A stretch of DNA of 64,000 bases from Veleropilina oligotropha (lineage: Eukaryota), in contig JBEUKZ010000127.1 of NCBI GenBank assembly GCA_048128005.1, positions 434,001 through 498,000 on the forward strand, read 5' to 3'. Below the pieces are notes generated by a model. The model was not told where the DNA came from. It saw only the letters and a program-made list of their open reading frames with translations, and made no database searches. Shown in pieces: positions 28,209 through 39,895 of this stretch (its first letter is position 1; each line of letters begins with the position of its first letter). The translations under genes and the position numbers were made by a program.

Positions 28209-29450
28209 TACATGTGCATTGTGTGTAACATTATTTGACCATTATAGCCATACTCTACTCTCGGTTATGTAACTGGTTTCCCTAGTGGGCTGAAGTTTAC
28301 ACAAAGGGCACTAAAATTAATCTATACTAATGTTTTAATTATAATTAAATGCCCATTTGATAGATATTTAATTACTCTAAATGATCTAATTACTTTGGTG
28401 TCTGGACAAAATGTTTAATCTAAATCTTGAACGGATTGATCAAATTTCATAAAAATCATAACATATATTCCTTGTAAAGATGTAGACCGTCAGTTAAAAT
28501 TTCAAATATATGACAACACTATTACCTGTTTTATGGCAGTTTTCAAACACGAAATTTAAATACGCCTATCTTTTAAATACCCCAAAATATCAATATGTTA
28601 TATGCATATTCCGATAGTACACACTCATGAGATTAAAATGAATTACGATTCGTTTCATATTAATAAAAATTAAGGGAACCATAGGCGTTTTACATTTTAA
28701 AATTGTATTGATCATAACCGTTAATGCCTTTTTGCTAACAAGTTTTCGTTCGCAAAACAATATATAGATTATAATGAAGTAAGCATATGCCGATTTTCAC
28801 TTCGAACAGAGCAACAATAAACGATAAAACTACGTTCGAATTATTTTAATTAATTCAAAATTGCAGCATTACCACGAGACGCACCAACGATCTATATGCA
28901 GCAAACATAACTTAACATAAGCATGAACCCTCCCAGTCAACATTGAAACGAATAGATAAAGCTGAATAAGATTTATAATCGATATAAAAATGTGAAAAGT
29001 TCCATTTTTTATAAAGATTGAAATATCCGTAGCCACCTTATTTTACGTCCGATGAAATTTTCCTGTGCAAATATATTTCTTCCTATTGTCTAGATAATAT
29101 ATCCTGATCGGCGCCTCGATCTGTTCGGCGGTTTCGGAGAAGAAGATTTTTTTAAAAGAAGTCATTTGTTTGGAAAATACAAGATAGCATCCAAACAGCA
29201 ATACCTAGAAAGTCAATTTTAAAGTTTCACACGAGTTCCCTATTATACCTGTCCACTTCTGAATTTTGACATGGATCACATTTGTAGTTTCAGAGATAAT
29301 TAGGAACAAACAATCACAAAATAATAATACTAATTAAAGCTGCAAAGCAGCTGTACAGGGCTTCAAGCTGATCGTGCGCAATTCATTATTTTCGATATAA
29401 GACGTTTAAAGTGAAGCATGAAGGCAGAACAAACGTAACTTTGGATATTA

Positions 29451-29600
29451 TTAGTGCTTCGCAGCTTAAGCGCGAAGCACTATTGTTATTGTAGGAATTA
29501 TTAGTGCTTCGCAGCTTAAGCGCGAAGCACTATTGTTATTGTAGGAATTATTAGTGCTTCGCAGCTTAAGCGCGAAGCACTATTGTTATTGTAGGAATTA
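29451..29600. repeat. 50-bp hairpin-containing tandem repeat x3 (inverted copy about 59552-59701)
   Basis: Unit ttagtgcttcgcagcttaagcgcgaagcactattgttattgtaggaatta with 11-bp stem tagtgcttcgc/gcgaagcacta. Confidence 0.95.
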
Positions 29601-30870
29601 TTATTATTATTTATTTTCTCCCCTTTTTCCTTCCAGCTGTAACTCAAAAACTTCTTTGGTCAAGCTTTTCAAACTTTCACGAAACATGGGTACAAACGCG
29701 AAGCAGTGCATCGCAAAATTTTGACATCATAGGTCCCAGCGTTCGGGAGCTATTTTAGATTAATTAATCTTCTTAAAAAATAATCTTCTCAAAAACCGTC
29801 AAAGCCAGCGAAGAGAAACTTTCCAGATATGATGTACATCTTACGACGAAGTCATATTGAAAGCGAAAAATCGATATGTATTAAAACATGGCATTTGTGG
29901 GCGTCCGAATCTTGGGAAATAATTGAAATTTTCAACATTTTTAATTTGCTTATAACTTTTATCTCGCTTTAACTATTCTTTTTAAGCTTCACAGGGGGGT
30001 TGATGCGTACGCTAAGTTACCTTTGCTACAAAGAGTTCGTCGATGCGTCTTGTGGTTATGCCATTTTCTTGAATAGTTTAAATTAATTAAAATGCCAATT
30101 TCTCATTAACTGTTGGTCCGATCAAAGTGAAAATCGATATTACTCTGCATCATATCATCTTTATATTGTATTGTGAGCGAAAAGTTGCTATCACAAACGT
30201 ATTAATGGCTATGATCATTTAAAATTAAAAAATTTAAAAGACTAGTTTCTTTAATTTTTAAATTTGTGAAACCTAATATATATCATTTTATTCACATTGA
30301 ATTTCTCTTGCCAAATATATATAAAAAATACTGCTTTCTTTTTAAATCTTGAGGATAGGCGTGGTTACATTTCTCATTTTAAAACTTCAATAAGTCCGCT
30401 CGTATTACAGTTGCAAAGTTGTATTTTTAACACAATTGTCATATCATGCAACTGATAGTTTGTGCCAAATTATATGCAATTCCAATGTTTATTCTCAGTT
30501 TTAGGAAAAGTTATTTTATTTCTGAGTCCAATTTCCTTGGCTGCCATTTTATGACCAATTACTTGTGTAAAGATGAGGCCATCAGCCCAAGGTGATCAAA
30601 GAGTTTGCCGGTGGTTTATTGCTCTGGACATTACAATACAAAGTCAATAAGGGAGCCTCAGTGCTTTGTTACTGACCAGCTTGCAACAAGGGTCCGAGAT
30701 CTATAAGGAATTTATTTCCATGTAAATGTTTTTAATAAGCCTATCAGAGGAACATCAAGCCGCATCAATACAAGAGAGAAATACCCATTTCAAAATCCGT
30801 TTTTAAAAACCCATTTTATTATAGGCGTCATCGCCTATTATGAAGAATAACCAACAACCACATTAAAACT

Positions 30871-32611
30871 GGCCAATTTGGATCAAAACAATCTGAAAAA
30901 TTATCGACCGGTTTCTAATCTAAGTTTTATTTCAAAACTTGTGGAACGTGTTGTAGCAATTCGATTAAATTCTCACCTGAAAAATCACATTCTTTTGGAC
31001 AAATACCAATCAGCGTATCGCATGTTTCACTCCACAGAAACAGCCCTTTTAAAGGTTCAGAATGACATACTTCAATCTCTACATCAGAAATCAATGGTTG
31101 CTCTCGCCTTGCTTGACCTGAGTGCAGCTTTCGATACAATTGACCACCAAATTCTGTTTAACCGCCTGAACGCCTACTTTGGAATCAAGCAATCAGCGCT
31201 TACATGGATCAAGTCATATCTACATGAGCGAAAACAAACCGTCGTCATAAACGGCATGAAAAGTGACCCTGCCTCTCTCCCTTACGGTGTGCCACAAGGT
31301 TCCGTCTTAGGTCCGATTCTGTTTTCGATGTATGTCACACCCGTAGCAGAGATTGCCTCCAAATATAATCTGTCCTATCATTTCTACGCAGATGACAGTC
31401 AAATATATGTTGCATTTGATCCCAAAAGCTCGTTCAAGGCAAGCCTAGACATATTGGAGAGCTGTGTTTCAGAGATCAAACACTGGATGTGCACAAACAT
31501 GCTGAAACTCAATGATGATAAAACTGAGTTTATTATATTTGGCTCAAGAAGTAACATCACAAACGAGATGTAAACCTACAAGTTGGTGAAACTGAAATAA
31601 ACTCCAGCGAATTTGTAAGAAATTTGGGTGCTTACTTCGACAACACTATGTCGATGGAAAAATTCGTCTCTGATAAAGTTGAATGCTCATTATTCTTTCT
31701 ACGAAACATCAGACGCATCCGTCGTTTTTTAGCACCAGATACAACGAAGCTTCTTGTGCATGCATATGTCATATCTCGCCTTGATTATTCCAACAGTTTA
31801 CTTTTCGGAATAAACGCAAACCTCATTAACAGATTGCAGCAAGTTCAGAATGCCGCAGCCAGGCTGATTTTACTTGCCCAGCCAAGGGACCATGCAACCC
31901 CGCTGCTATATAGCATACACTGGCTCCCTGTTGAGAAACGGATTATCTTCAAAATTCTTACATTCGTTTACAATTCTCTTCAAGGAAAAGCGCCTGGATA
32001 TATTATTGAACTTCTGGCTCTATATCGACCTATTAGAGCACTTAGGTCGCAGCAATTACAACAGTTGACAGAGAATAGAACAATGAATAAATATGGCGAT
32101 AGAGCATTTATCAACAATGCCCCAAAACTCTGGAACAAACTCCCATCTAAAGTAAAGGAAAGCACATCTCAGACAAGTTTTCGGTAGACGTTGAAAACAC
32201 ACCTATTTGCTGATGTATATGCCAACCTGATCAAATCTCACTAACAATTCAGCTGACATCGTAGTAGTGGAGGACAGTAATGACTGCTTGACATCTGTTC
32301 ATTGTTATTGCTTATAGCATTCATCATATGTACCATTCAAAGTTGGTTGAAGTTCACGCAGGGGCTGCTTCACCTCTTTGTCTGATTGCGATTGTAAAAA
32401 AAAAAATTAATAAAATTGAAAAAACTCAACAAAAAAAATATTCTGTTTATTATTATTATTGCTTATTGCATTCATAGTATGTATCATTGATGTCTCTCCT
32501 GTTTATTCTTGTGTACATTGTACTGTAATATTAGTTATAGTTTGTACTGCGCTTAGAGCTACACTAGAATAGGCGCATAATAAATGTATTAAATAATAAT
32601 AATAATAATAA
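30871..32611 (+). mobile_element. L2 family 1 copy C (RT and 3' end, frameshifted)
   Basis: ORFs 30878-31573 and 31624-32187; (TAA)n tail at about 32590-32611. Confidence 0.93.
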
Positions 32612-33454
32612 TTAAAGCTGCAAGCATCTGTACAGTGCTTCGCACGAATCATAGCAATTATAAATTTAAATTTATTTTATTTTTAAATTTAAAAAAATTA
32701 AAATTTCCATTTAAATTTTATTAATATATGCATATGGCCACTCTGAAGCGAATTCTGCAAATGTCAGGTCTGTATGCCACGTCGGTCTTGAGTTCTGGCC
32801 CTTTTAAGGAAAATATGGTGGCCATTTTATTTTATTCGAATTTTTTTATTATCCAAATTTAAAATATCTAAGCTCTAGCATCAATATTAACCGAGTTGGC
32901 CATTTCCTGACCATTTTCTGCAACATGTCCTTTTCCCATAAGCTCCCCATAGTAACCATGTGTCCACGGTGCATCCTTTGTGATATATTGCCACTTGAAA
33001 CAAATGCTTTAATGGCCGCCGCGGCACTTCCTGCCTTTCAATAATTATTTTATCTAGCGAATTTGTTAAATGTGGACTACACACGTCAATAGGAGTTCAC
33101 TTTATCCATTTTAGAAAAACATATGCATTTTTTCTTAATTAGGTCATTTAGAGCAATGAAGGTCATCTGAGGTCAAAGGTCATCGTGGCATTTGAAAGCC
33201 CAACCATGATGCGCGAATCATAGCAATTATAAATAGTTCTGGCCATTTTAAGGAAAATGTGGCGTCCGTTTTGTCTTTTTTCGAATTTTTTTGTTATCCT
33301 GATTTAAAATTTATAAGCTCTAGCATCAATATTAACCAATTGGCCATTTCCTGACCATTTTCTGGCCAACGTCTTTTTCCTTAATTATGTCATTTCCTGA
33401 AATGTAGGTCAACTGAGGTCAAAGGCCAAGGTGACATGTGAAAGATGGTAGGCA

Positions 33455-33680
33455 GCTTTGTTTAATTGCCACTTTTTGACAATTTTGCAACCTTATCGCG
33501 GTCGGGACACCCAGCTTAATGCATCACTCCGATCTGACCGACATACATTAGAGATATACCATCTATTAGTTTTAAGCCTTAGAACAAGCCAGGACGGCAA
33601 GGGCTTGGTCTCACATCCTACCATCCCGCATAACGTTTATCCGACGCCCTAACCTGTTGGGCAATCAAGGACAGTTGTCA
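33455..33680 (-). mobile_element. tRNA-derived SINE, family B copy
   Basis: Reverse-complement similarity to 55365-55587 (cttgttctaaggcttaaaac; atgtatgtcggtcagatcgg; gtgtcccga). Confidence 0.65.
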
Positions 33681-33924
33681 TGTGACAGATCAACCATGAC
33701 TTCCCATAGGCTCCCCATAGTAACCATGTGTCAGTGGTGCATCATTTTTATAAATTGCAACTTGAAACAAATGCTTTAATGGCCATCGATGCAGTTCCTG
33801 CTTTTCAATTTTAACTGTCAAATTGGATAAATGTCGACTACACACGTCAATAGGAGTTCACCGAAAGCGGAAAGCAATTGCAATTTAAATTTTGTTCATT
33901 TACACGAACCATACTGGGCAAGTT

Positions 33925-34016
33925 ATAGATGGAAATGTAACTACACGGTGGTTTTATATGAGTTGCAGAAAAGCGCTTTCTAAACCCAAACAAATTCTAT
34001 TTAATTCAATTTAAAC
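33925..34016 (+). mobile_element. Short 3' tail fragment related to the CR1 at 52078-55205
   Basis: gttttatatgag...ctaaacccaaacaaattctatttaa matches the reverse complement of 52095-52155. Confidence 0.6.
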
Positions 34017-34122
34017 CATTCCATCAATAAACTATTATTTAGTAAATTTCCGTAATGTATTACAAATTGTTCAATTATTATACCAAAAATCAACAGTTGC
34101 TTGTCTTTATCAGTACCCATGG

Positions 34123-34350
34123 AGCAGCAGGGGGGGTGATTGGACTTTTTAGAATGGGAAAATAAGGCTCCCAGCACCATTTCAGAACTGAGCTGGTATT
34201 ACTGTGGAGGGCTAGGGAGTTAGACTAGGGGCGCGGCGAGGGAAATTAAGGCTCCCAGCTATATTTCAGACCCCAGGGTAGGGATTGTATTACAAAAAGT
34301 TACCGTGTGTACAAACTAGGGTAGCTTAGAATAGTCAGCAGGGGGGGTGA
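34123..34350 (+). repeat. Left terminal inverted repeat (228 bp)
   Basis: Reverse complement of 49778-50005 with no mismatch seen; begins AGCAGCAG. Confidence 0.97.
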
Positions 34351-34751
34351 TTGGACTTTTTAGAATGGCAAAATAGCAGCCCGGCGAAGGCTACAGGACA
34401 TCACTGAGGGCCCGCCAGCGTTTGATTTCGTACAACTCCCTTTCTGCCGTCTTTGGTCTTCTTCTTATATATTGCTTGTTCACCATCGTCGAGTACAACG
34501 ATCAAAACGTTATAGCCCCGGTTTAAGAGGTTTTTAACGCGCCTGAAGCTCCGTTCGCTGTACAGCGTAGGAATGTCTTCCTGCGGCATGTTGCTTTCAA
34601 GTATAACTACACAACGTCTAACATGCCGGTTATTTCTCACCGATATAGTAGTATGTAGTAAGAGCCCGTAGGGACGGCCCACAACCCTCGCCGGCCCGGG
34701 CTCTCTTTTAGACATACCCATCGGACGGGTATATCCAATGCAAAGGATACG

Positions 34752-35027
34752 ATGTGGGGAACGGACACCTGTCAATGGCTCACCATCAGCTCCACGGAGC
34801 TATGTGGTAAGAGATGTCTGAGCGAGTATTGCAAAGTCCACCTGGCTCGGCTACGGCGAAATGGCTGGGGCACAAAGCCCTGCATCAAATGCGGCAAAGG
34901 CGTCTTTAACCGGTTTACGTTGTGCCGGGGTTGTGGGTATCGGAATGAAGACGTTAAGGACTGGCAACGAAAGAAAAGGGCCTTCCAGAGAGAGTTTCGC
35001 CGCATGGCTGCAATCTACCACACGTAA
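34752..35027 (+). CDS. Small Cys/His-rich putative zinc-binding viral protein
   Basis: C..C..C..CxxH followed by CxxC...CxxC; basic C-terminus; lies immediately upstream of the replication gene. Confidence 0.6.
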   Translation: MWGTDTCQWLTISSTELCGKRCLSEYCKVHLARLRRNGWGTKPCIKCGKGVFNRFTLCRGCGYRNEDVKDWQRKKRAFQREFRRMAAIYHT

Positions 35028-35042
35028 TTTCCTATTAGAGAA

Positions 35043-36001
35043 ATGATTTGGCGTAGTGTATACCCCCCCAGCAACATGGATGACCTGCGCAATCTAGCGA
35101 AAGATTATGGGATTCCCGCTCGGTCGAAGCTCAAGAAGCACGACCTCGTCAGGGCAATCGCCAGGGTCCGTGCTGCGGAGTTTCGGAGGAGACTCGAGCG
35201 GGCGATGAAGACTGGAAGGTTCCCCTCCATACGTGGAGATGTGGAGAACCCCCACAAAAGAGGCCGACGTGCTCGCGAGTTGCGGCAGATTAAGGATGAG
35301 GTCGACGCCGCCCTGCAGGCTCGTAAATACGAATCCCAAGCTGAGAAAAATCCCAGGATTCGACTGAAGCCACTTCGCGCCATCACGGATCGAATCGTCA
35401 AGCGGTCTCGGAAAGAGACCCTTGCCCATGCTATTGCTCGGAAGGGGCCCGATCTTCTCATCTCCAAAACGCCCCGGACAGCCCAGGACTATCAGAAGGA
35501 TCTTCTAGGGCAATTTACCACACCCGAGGGACAACGATTCATCGACCTGGATGACCAGGTCCCTCCCCCAGTAAGGCTCCCAGCAAAAGAGCCATGGGTG
35601 GAACTCTTGAGCGACGCCAAAGACGAGTTTGGGTCGATGGCGCCGCGGCGGCTTTCTCCACATGGAGGGTAGAAGTGGCTGGACGGCTGGCCCTGGATGC
35701 CCGTATGACAGATGCAAGGGCGGCACAGCTCCTCACAGCCCTTCCAAAGGGCGAGTTTCTCCTTAGGATAAAGTTCTTGCGTGAGTGGGGTGAAGGTGAC
35801 TGGGTGGTCGAAGACAAGTTTGACCCGGTGAAGGCTGCGAGAAAGAAGGGCCAGGGTGTCTTTGAGATCTCTCAGGATACTAAGCCGGGTGCTATCACTG
35901 GGGTCGACAAGGTCTACTACGAGAATGCCTACCCGGTCACTGCAGTCGTCTACGGCGTCTATCCTCTCAGAGACCAAACCCCGCCAACCTGGTTCCGATG
36001 A
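35043..36001 (+). CDS. Probable N-terminal part of the replication protein (Rho_N-like motif, basic region), split by two 1-nt frameshifts
   Basis: DDLRNLAKDYGIPARSKLKKHDLVRAI resembles Rho_N; overlapping ORFs 35043-35672 and 35594-36001 join 35998-38907 if one base is added at about 35631 and one at about 35978. Confidence 0.6.
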
Positions 36002-38907
36002 AGAACGGCGACCTCAACTGCGTTGCCCAACGAGTGGTTGAGCACTTCGAAGGTGCCCTTAGAGGAAACGGACTCACCCCGACAAGGCGGCAGAAAATAC
36101 TGGAGTGGGAAGAGCGAGTCCACGTAACAGGCGCCACTGTGGATGATATATCCATCCTCGAGAGGATCCTCAAACGGGCGATCATACTGAGAGATATTGC
36201 CGGCGAGGACATCTACAGCAGTGGGAAGTACCAGGGCTGGCATAGACCAGTAGAACTCATCTGTCACAACGGCCACGCCTGGTCGAAGGACCTACACTTT
36301 CCGCAGTCTCGCGAGGTCCACCTGTATGAGGGCGATGTCTGGGAAGCTATTCGACAAGCCACACAGAATGAGCCATTGGCTGTCTGGCTCCTAGGCGGTA
36401 AAGACCGACAGCTCGGCGTGGACCAGTTCGTGCTGCAAGATGGCCGCACGTACCGGACAAAAGAGGCTCACGAGAGACTTCAAGAAGCCTGTACAGCGCT
36501 GGGGAATGAGTCCCTAGCCGATCGAGCCTTTGGCGAGAACCATGCAGCTAGCATTATGGCTAAAGAGACTAACGGCTGGAAACCTACCCCAGCGGGCCTG
36601 CTCGATGATATCCAGAAGGCCTGCGTAGAGCATGGCCACGGCGGTCTCTGGAATTCCATGAATTACGACACGGGCGATGTCTGCTGCATCGATATGAAAG
36701 CCTGCTACCCTGCCAGCTTTCTGGGGAAGGGCGAGGCTAAGCCCTATTTCGAAAGATTCGGACACCCACTCCACAGCATGACCCGGGTCGCAATTAACGG
36801 TCCTCTTCCCGAAGATATCGGGACCGGGTTTGCTGAGGTCGTGGGGTGGGAGTTCGCACAAGACATCCACCCCGTCATTGCAGCATGGTTCGGAAAGCAC
36901 TTTGCAGAGAATGGATGGGCACCCACCCCGCTGCTCGCCTTCCTCGTAGAGTCTGGCCTGCTAAAAAGCCTCAAGATCCGAGAATCCATTATCGCGTTCA
37001 AAAACCAGACCGATGTCTGGCTTCCGGAGAATCGTGACCAGGGCTGCAGCATTATCGGCAAATTCACCCAAGGCGCCAAAGCCGATGGCAAAAGATTGAC
37101 TCGTAGACTGGTGACCGACCAGGGTGAGCTCGACTTCCTCGTAAGAGACACCCGCCAAAGCGGCACCCTGGTTGGCGCTCCTCAGAGATGCCCCCTCGGT
37201 CACATCCTCACGTACTATGATGGCTCCCAGCCTCAGTACGCCCACCTGAGGGCATCCATGTTGGCCTATGCACACATAAACCTCTTGAGCATGCTGAAGC
37301 GTTTCAGTGCAGCAGAAGCCGTCCGGGTAGCCACGGACAGCATCTACCTCAAGAAGGCCTCGTTGGAGAAGCTCGACGATGTCACGGTGTACGTTGCCCC
37401 CAGACTCTGCGGCTGTGGCGAGAAATCGTGCATCTCATGTCTGATCGCGGAGCCGTACCTTCCGCCAGTAGCACCAGCCCAGTGGCGTGACAAGGGCGAA
37501 CAGCTGTATATGCCACAGGAACATGCCGCATACCTACCCAAGCCAGAGTATTGTTGTGCCGCCAATTCCAGCCAGCCGAGCACCGCGCCATGCTACAATG
37601 ACACACTGACCCACCATCGCCTGAGTTACCTCAACGGTGGAGGGGGCTGTGGCAAGACTACGAGAGCGATCGAGCTCTTTCGGGCAAGGAATCCCGTCGT
37701 GTTCACACCAAACCACCGCCTCGCTAAAGAGATGCGGACCAGAGGCGTCAAAGCCCAGACCTACCACAGCTTCTTCCGATGGAGCGGCCAGAACGACTGG
37801 ACGCCTGATCGCATGGGTCAGAAGTTCATTCCGCGCGTCATTATCTGGGACGAGGTCTGTACTGTTCCCCGGCACATCCTAGAGATGTTCTTGGACTGGC
37901 TGGGCCGCCACGAAGTGCAGGTTATCTGCTGTGGTGATCAAGGCCAGCCACCACCGATTACGGGCGAGATGCCGCACGATTGGCTGCAAAAGACCGCGGA
38001 CTACTATGAAGAGATCGAAGTAGACTACAGGGCGAAAGACGACCCTGCCCTCCAAGCCCTGAAAAGACGTATCCGTCTCCAGCCCGACAAAATCCAGTGC
38101 GACGAGATGCGACGGACTCTCCCCAGCTGCCTTGGATGGGATCGGTTCGTCAACACCTGGAAGCCAGGCGACCTAATCCTCACAAGCCGTCAGAAGGTCC
38201 GCGAACGGGCTCAAGAGCTGTTGCTCCAGAGGCACAAGGAGCACTTCCCAGACTCCATGGTGCCTATCCTGTACCACCCCAGGGACAGCAGAAAACAGAA
38301 CATCATGGTAACCATTCCGGGCACCGATGAAAGAGAGGAGCTAGTTCTCAACGACGTCGTTGAGGTCACGATTGAGGCCGCTGAGCGGGCTATCCTGACC
38401 CCGGATTGGCGCCTGGGCTATGCTCTCACCATCCATTCGAGCCAGGGTCTTGCCATTCACGACCCACAGAAAGTCTGGATCATCGACGACTACCTTCAGT
38501 GGAGTAATCTCGCCTACCTAGCCGTGTCCCGGGTGGAGCTGCTGCGTCAGCTCGAACGGGTAACCTGTCCACCGGATGAGGGTTCTGAGGACAGGCCCCG
38601 GCCCCAAACCGAGCAACAGCTCCGAAAGACCATCCAGAAAAAGCTTGTGGCGTACAAACGCCAGGACCAGGCAACGGGACTCCCGGGGTTTAACCTCAAG
38701 GTCGACGACATCCTGCGGCTCAGAGAGGCCCAAAACAACCGCTGCGCAGCATGCAACATAGAGCTGCTCTGGGCATATTCCCCGAAGGACACACAGCAGT
38801 TCAGTGTCGACCGTGTGGACAACAGCAGGGGCCACACCCGCGACAACGTGCGCTTAACGTGTCTGGAATGTAACCGGAAACGAGGATTTGCGGTTGTTAA
38901 CGCCTGA
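35998..38907 (+). CDS. Multidomain replication protein: OTU-like segment, divergent family-B DNA polymerase, SF1 (RecD/Pif1-like) helicase, HNH-type nuclease
   Basis: PolB-like IDMKACYP, SIIGKF and VATDSIY; helicase GGGGCGKT, IIWDEV, GDQGQPPP, TIHSSQG and YLAVSR; HNH CAAC..SVDRVDNSRGHTRDNVRLTCLECN. Confidence 0.85.
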   Translation: MKNGDLNCVAQRVVEHFEGALRGNGLTPTRRQKILEWEERVHVTGATVDDISILERILKRAIILRDIAGEDIYSSGKYQGWHRPVELICHNGHAWSKDLHFPQSREVHLYEGDVWEAIRQATQNEPLAVWLLGGKDRQLGVDQFVLQDGRTYRTKEAHERLQEACTALGNESLADRAFGENHAASIMAKETNGWKPTPAGLLDDIQKACVEHGHGGLWNSMNYDTGDVCCIDMKACYPASFLGKGEAKPYFERFGHPLHSMTRVAINGPLPEDIGTGFAEVVGWEFAQDIHPVIAAWFGKHFAENGWAPTPLLAFLVESGLLKSLKIRESIIAFKNQTDVWLPENRDQGCSIIGKFTQGAKADGKRLTRRLVTDQGELDFLVRDTRQSGTLVGAPQRCPLGHILTYYDGSQPQYAHLRASMLAYAHINLLSMLKRFSAAEAVRVATDSIYLKKASLEKLDDVTVYVAPRLCGCGEKSCISCLIAEPYLPPVAPAQWRDKGEQLYMPQEHAAYLPKPEYCCAANSSQPSTAPCYNDTLTHHRLSYLNGGGGCGKTTRAIELFRARNPVVFTPNHRLAKEMRTRGVKAQTYHSFFRWSGQNDWTPDRMGQKFIPRVIIWDEVCTVPRHILEMFLDWLGRHEVQVICCGDQGQPPPITGEMPHDWLQKTADYYEEIEVDYRAKDDPALQALKRRIRLQPDKIQCDEMRRTLPSCLGWDRFVNTWKPGDLILTSRQKVRERAQELLLQRHKEHFPDSMVPILYHPRDSRKQNIMVTIPGTDEREELVLNDVVEVTIEAAERAILTPDWRLGYALTIHSSQGLAIHDPQKVWIIDDYLQWSNLAYLAVSRVELLRQLERVTCPPDEGSEDRPRPQTEQQLRKTIQKKLVAYKRQDQATGLPGFNLKVDDILRLREAQNNRCAACNIELLWAYSPKDTQQFSVDRVDNSRGHTRDNVRLTCLECNRKRGFAVVNA

Positions 38908-39895
38908 GAACCGGCGGCAGCTGGGTATCACGAGGCACCACGAGAAGTTCCTCACGAACGAAGCCACGCGGTGGTCCATCCAGCAAGTAGTAGAGCACAG
39001 GCTCGTCAGGCTTAGTGACGGAGCGTCCAAGCCTGTAAACTTTTAGAGACCACACCGGGTCAGTAGCACGGCGATGACCCCCCTCCAGCTCACCATCGTA
39101 GTAAAGGTAGCGAACATCTACGTCAGAGGGGAGTTTCTGTTCCTTCCCCTGTCGGCCTGGAACAGTGGCGCCTGGCTTTTGGGCAACGCGAGGTGCCTTG
39201 ATGGCGTCCTTGGGCTTTTTACCGGTCAGCCTGGTCACTTCCCCATTCAAGGCCGCAACTACAGCTGCTAACCGGGCGACCCACTCAGTTGACCTTTGAC
39301 CCTCTTTCGCAGACTCTGCAAACCGCATCTCTGTTGCATACTGGTGCCCGAAGAGCCGCTCAGCGAGCGTCCGGTTGAAGCGCTCCACAATGCCCTGATC
39401 GCGATGGATATCCACACGGCCACGCCTAACCTCGACGTTATTCTTTGCCAGCAGCTGGGAAACCGCGCCCATAAACTCTCGCCCTGGATCGACTTGAAGC
39501 AGTTTCGGCCAGCTAAGAGGACTCCGCCTGTAGATTCGAGACAGAGCTTCAGCAACCCCTTTGGCCTCTTTTGTGGCCAGAGGCTCAGCTTCTTTAAAGC
39601 GACTGGCCACATCAACCACAGTCAAAGCGTACTTATAGGTCTTGTGTCTGACCTTGTCATGGGGGAGAAACAGGAGGTCGGCTTGGTGAACCTCGTTTGG
39701 CGTTACGACGTCGAATTTTGGTCTTGGAATCCGCCGTGGCGCAGGTAAATAGATCTGCCATATAGCCTGCCTCTTAAGCCATGTCCGGGCCTCCACTTCA
39801 GACGCCTTGGCAGCGTCAGCTAGTTTCTTTATCGCGGCAATGCCTTTCCAGTAGCCCTTAGGGCTGTAGTACATCCTCGCAAGCTTACTATCCAT
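38897..39895 (-). CDS. Retroviral-like (rve, DDE) integrase, Polinton type
   Basis: HQADL (D), VVDVASR, QVDPGREF (D), IVERFNRTL (E); first ATG at 39895; no chromodomain seen. Confidence 0.95.
   Translation of the reverse strand: MDSKLARMYYSPKGYWKGIAAIKKLADAAKASEVEARTWLKRQAIWQIYLPAPRRIPRPKFDVVTPNEVHQADLLFLPHDKVRHKTYKYALTVVDVASRFKEAEPLATKEAKGVAEALSRIYRRSPLSWPKLLQVDPGREFMGAVSQLLAKNNVEVRRGRVDIHRDQGIVERFNRTLAERLFGHQYATEMRFAESAKEGQRSTEWVARLAAVVAALNGEVTRLTGKKPKDAIKAPRVAQKPGATVPGRQGKEQKLPSDVDVRYLYYDGELEGGHRRATDPVWSLKVYRLGRSVTKPDEPVLYYLLDGPPRGFVREELLVVPRDTQLPPVLRR

Larger units (their letters stand above)
28205..32611. repeat. Inverted duplication arm 1 (partner 56524-60946)
   Basis: catatacatgtgcattgtgtgtaaca (28205) is the reverse complement of sequence ending at 60946; the match continues through the same L2 5' junction (30871/58277). 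Confidence 0.95.

Noticed and set aside
29451..29600. CRISPR-like palindromic repeats
   Set aside because: The sequences between the hairpins are identical, so this is a plain tandem repeat
34401..34589. Possible 62-aa minus-strand gene next to the left TIR (MPQEDIP...)
   Set aside because: Plausible position but no recognisable motif or other support
35998..38907. Helitron Rep-helicase
   Set aside because: No HUH/Y2 Rep motifs; the element has TIRs, a TSD, an integrase and capsid-like genes
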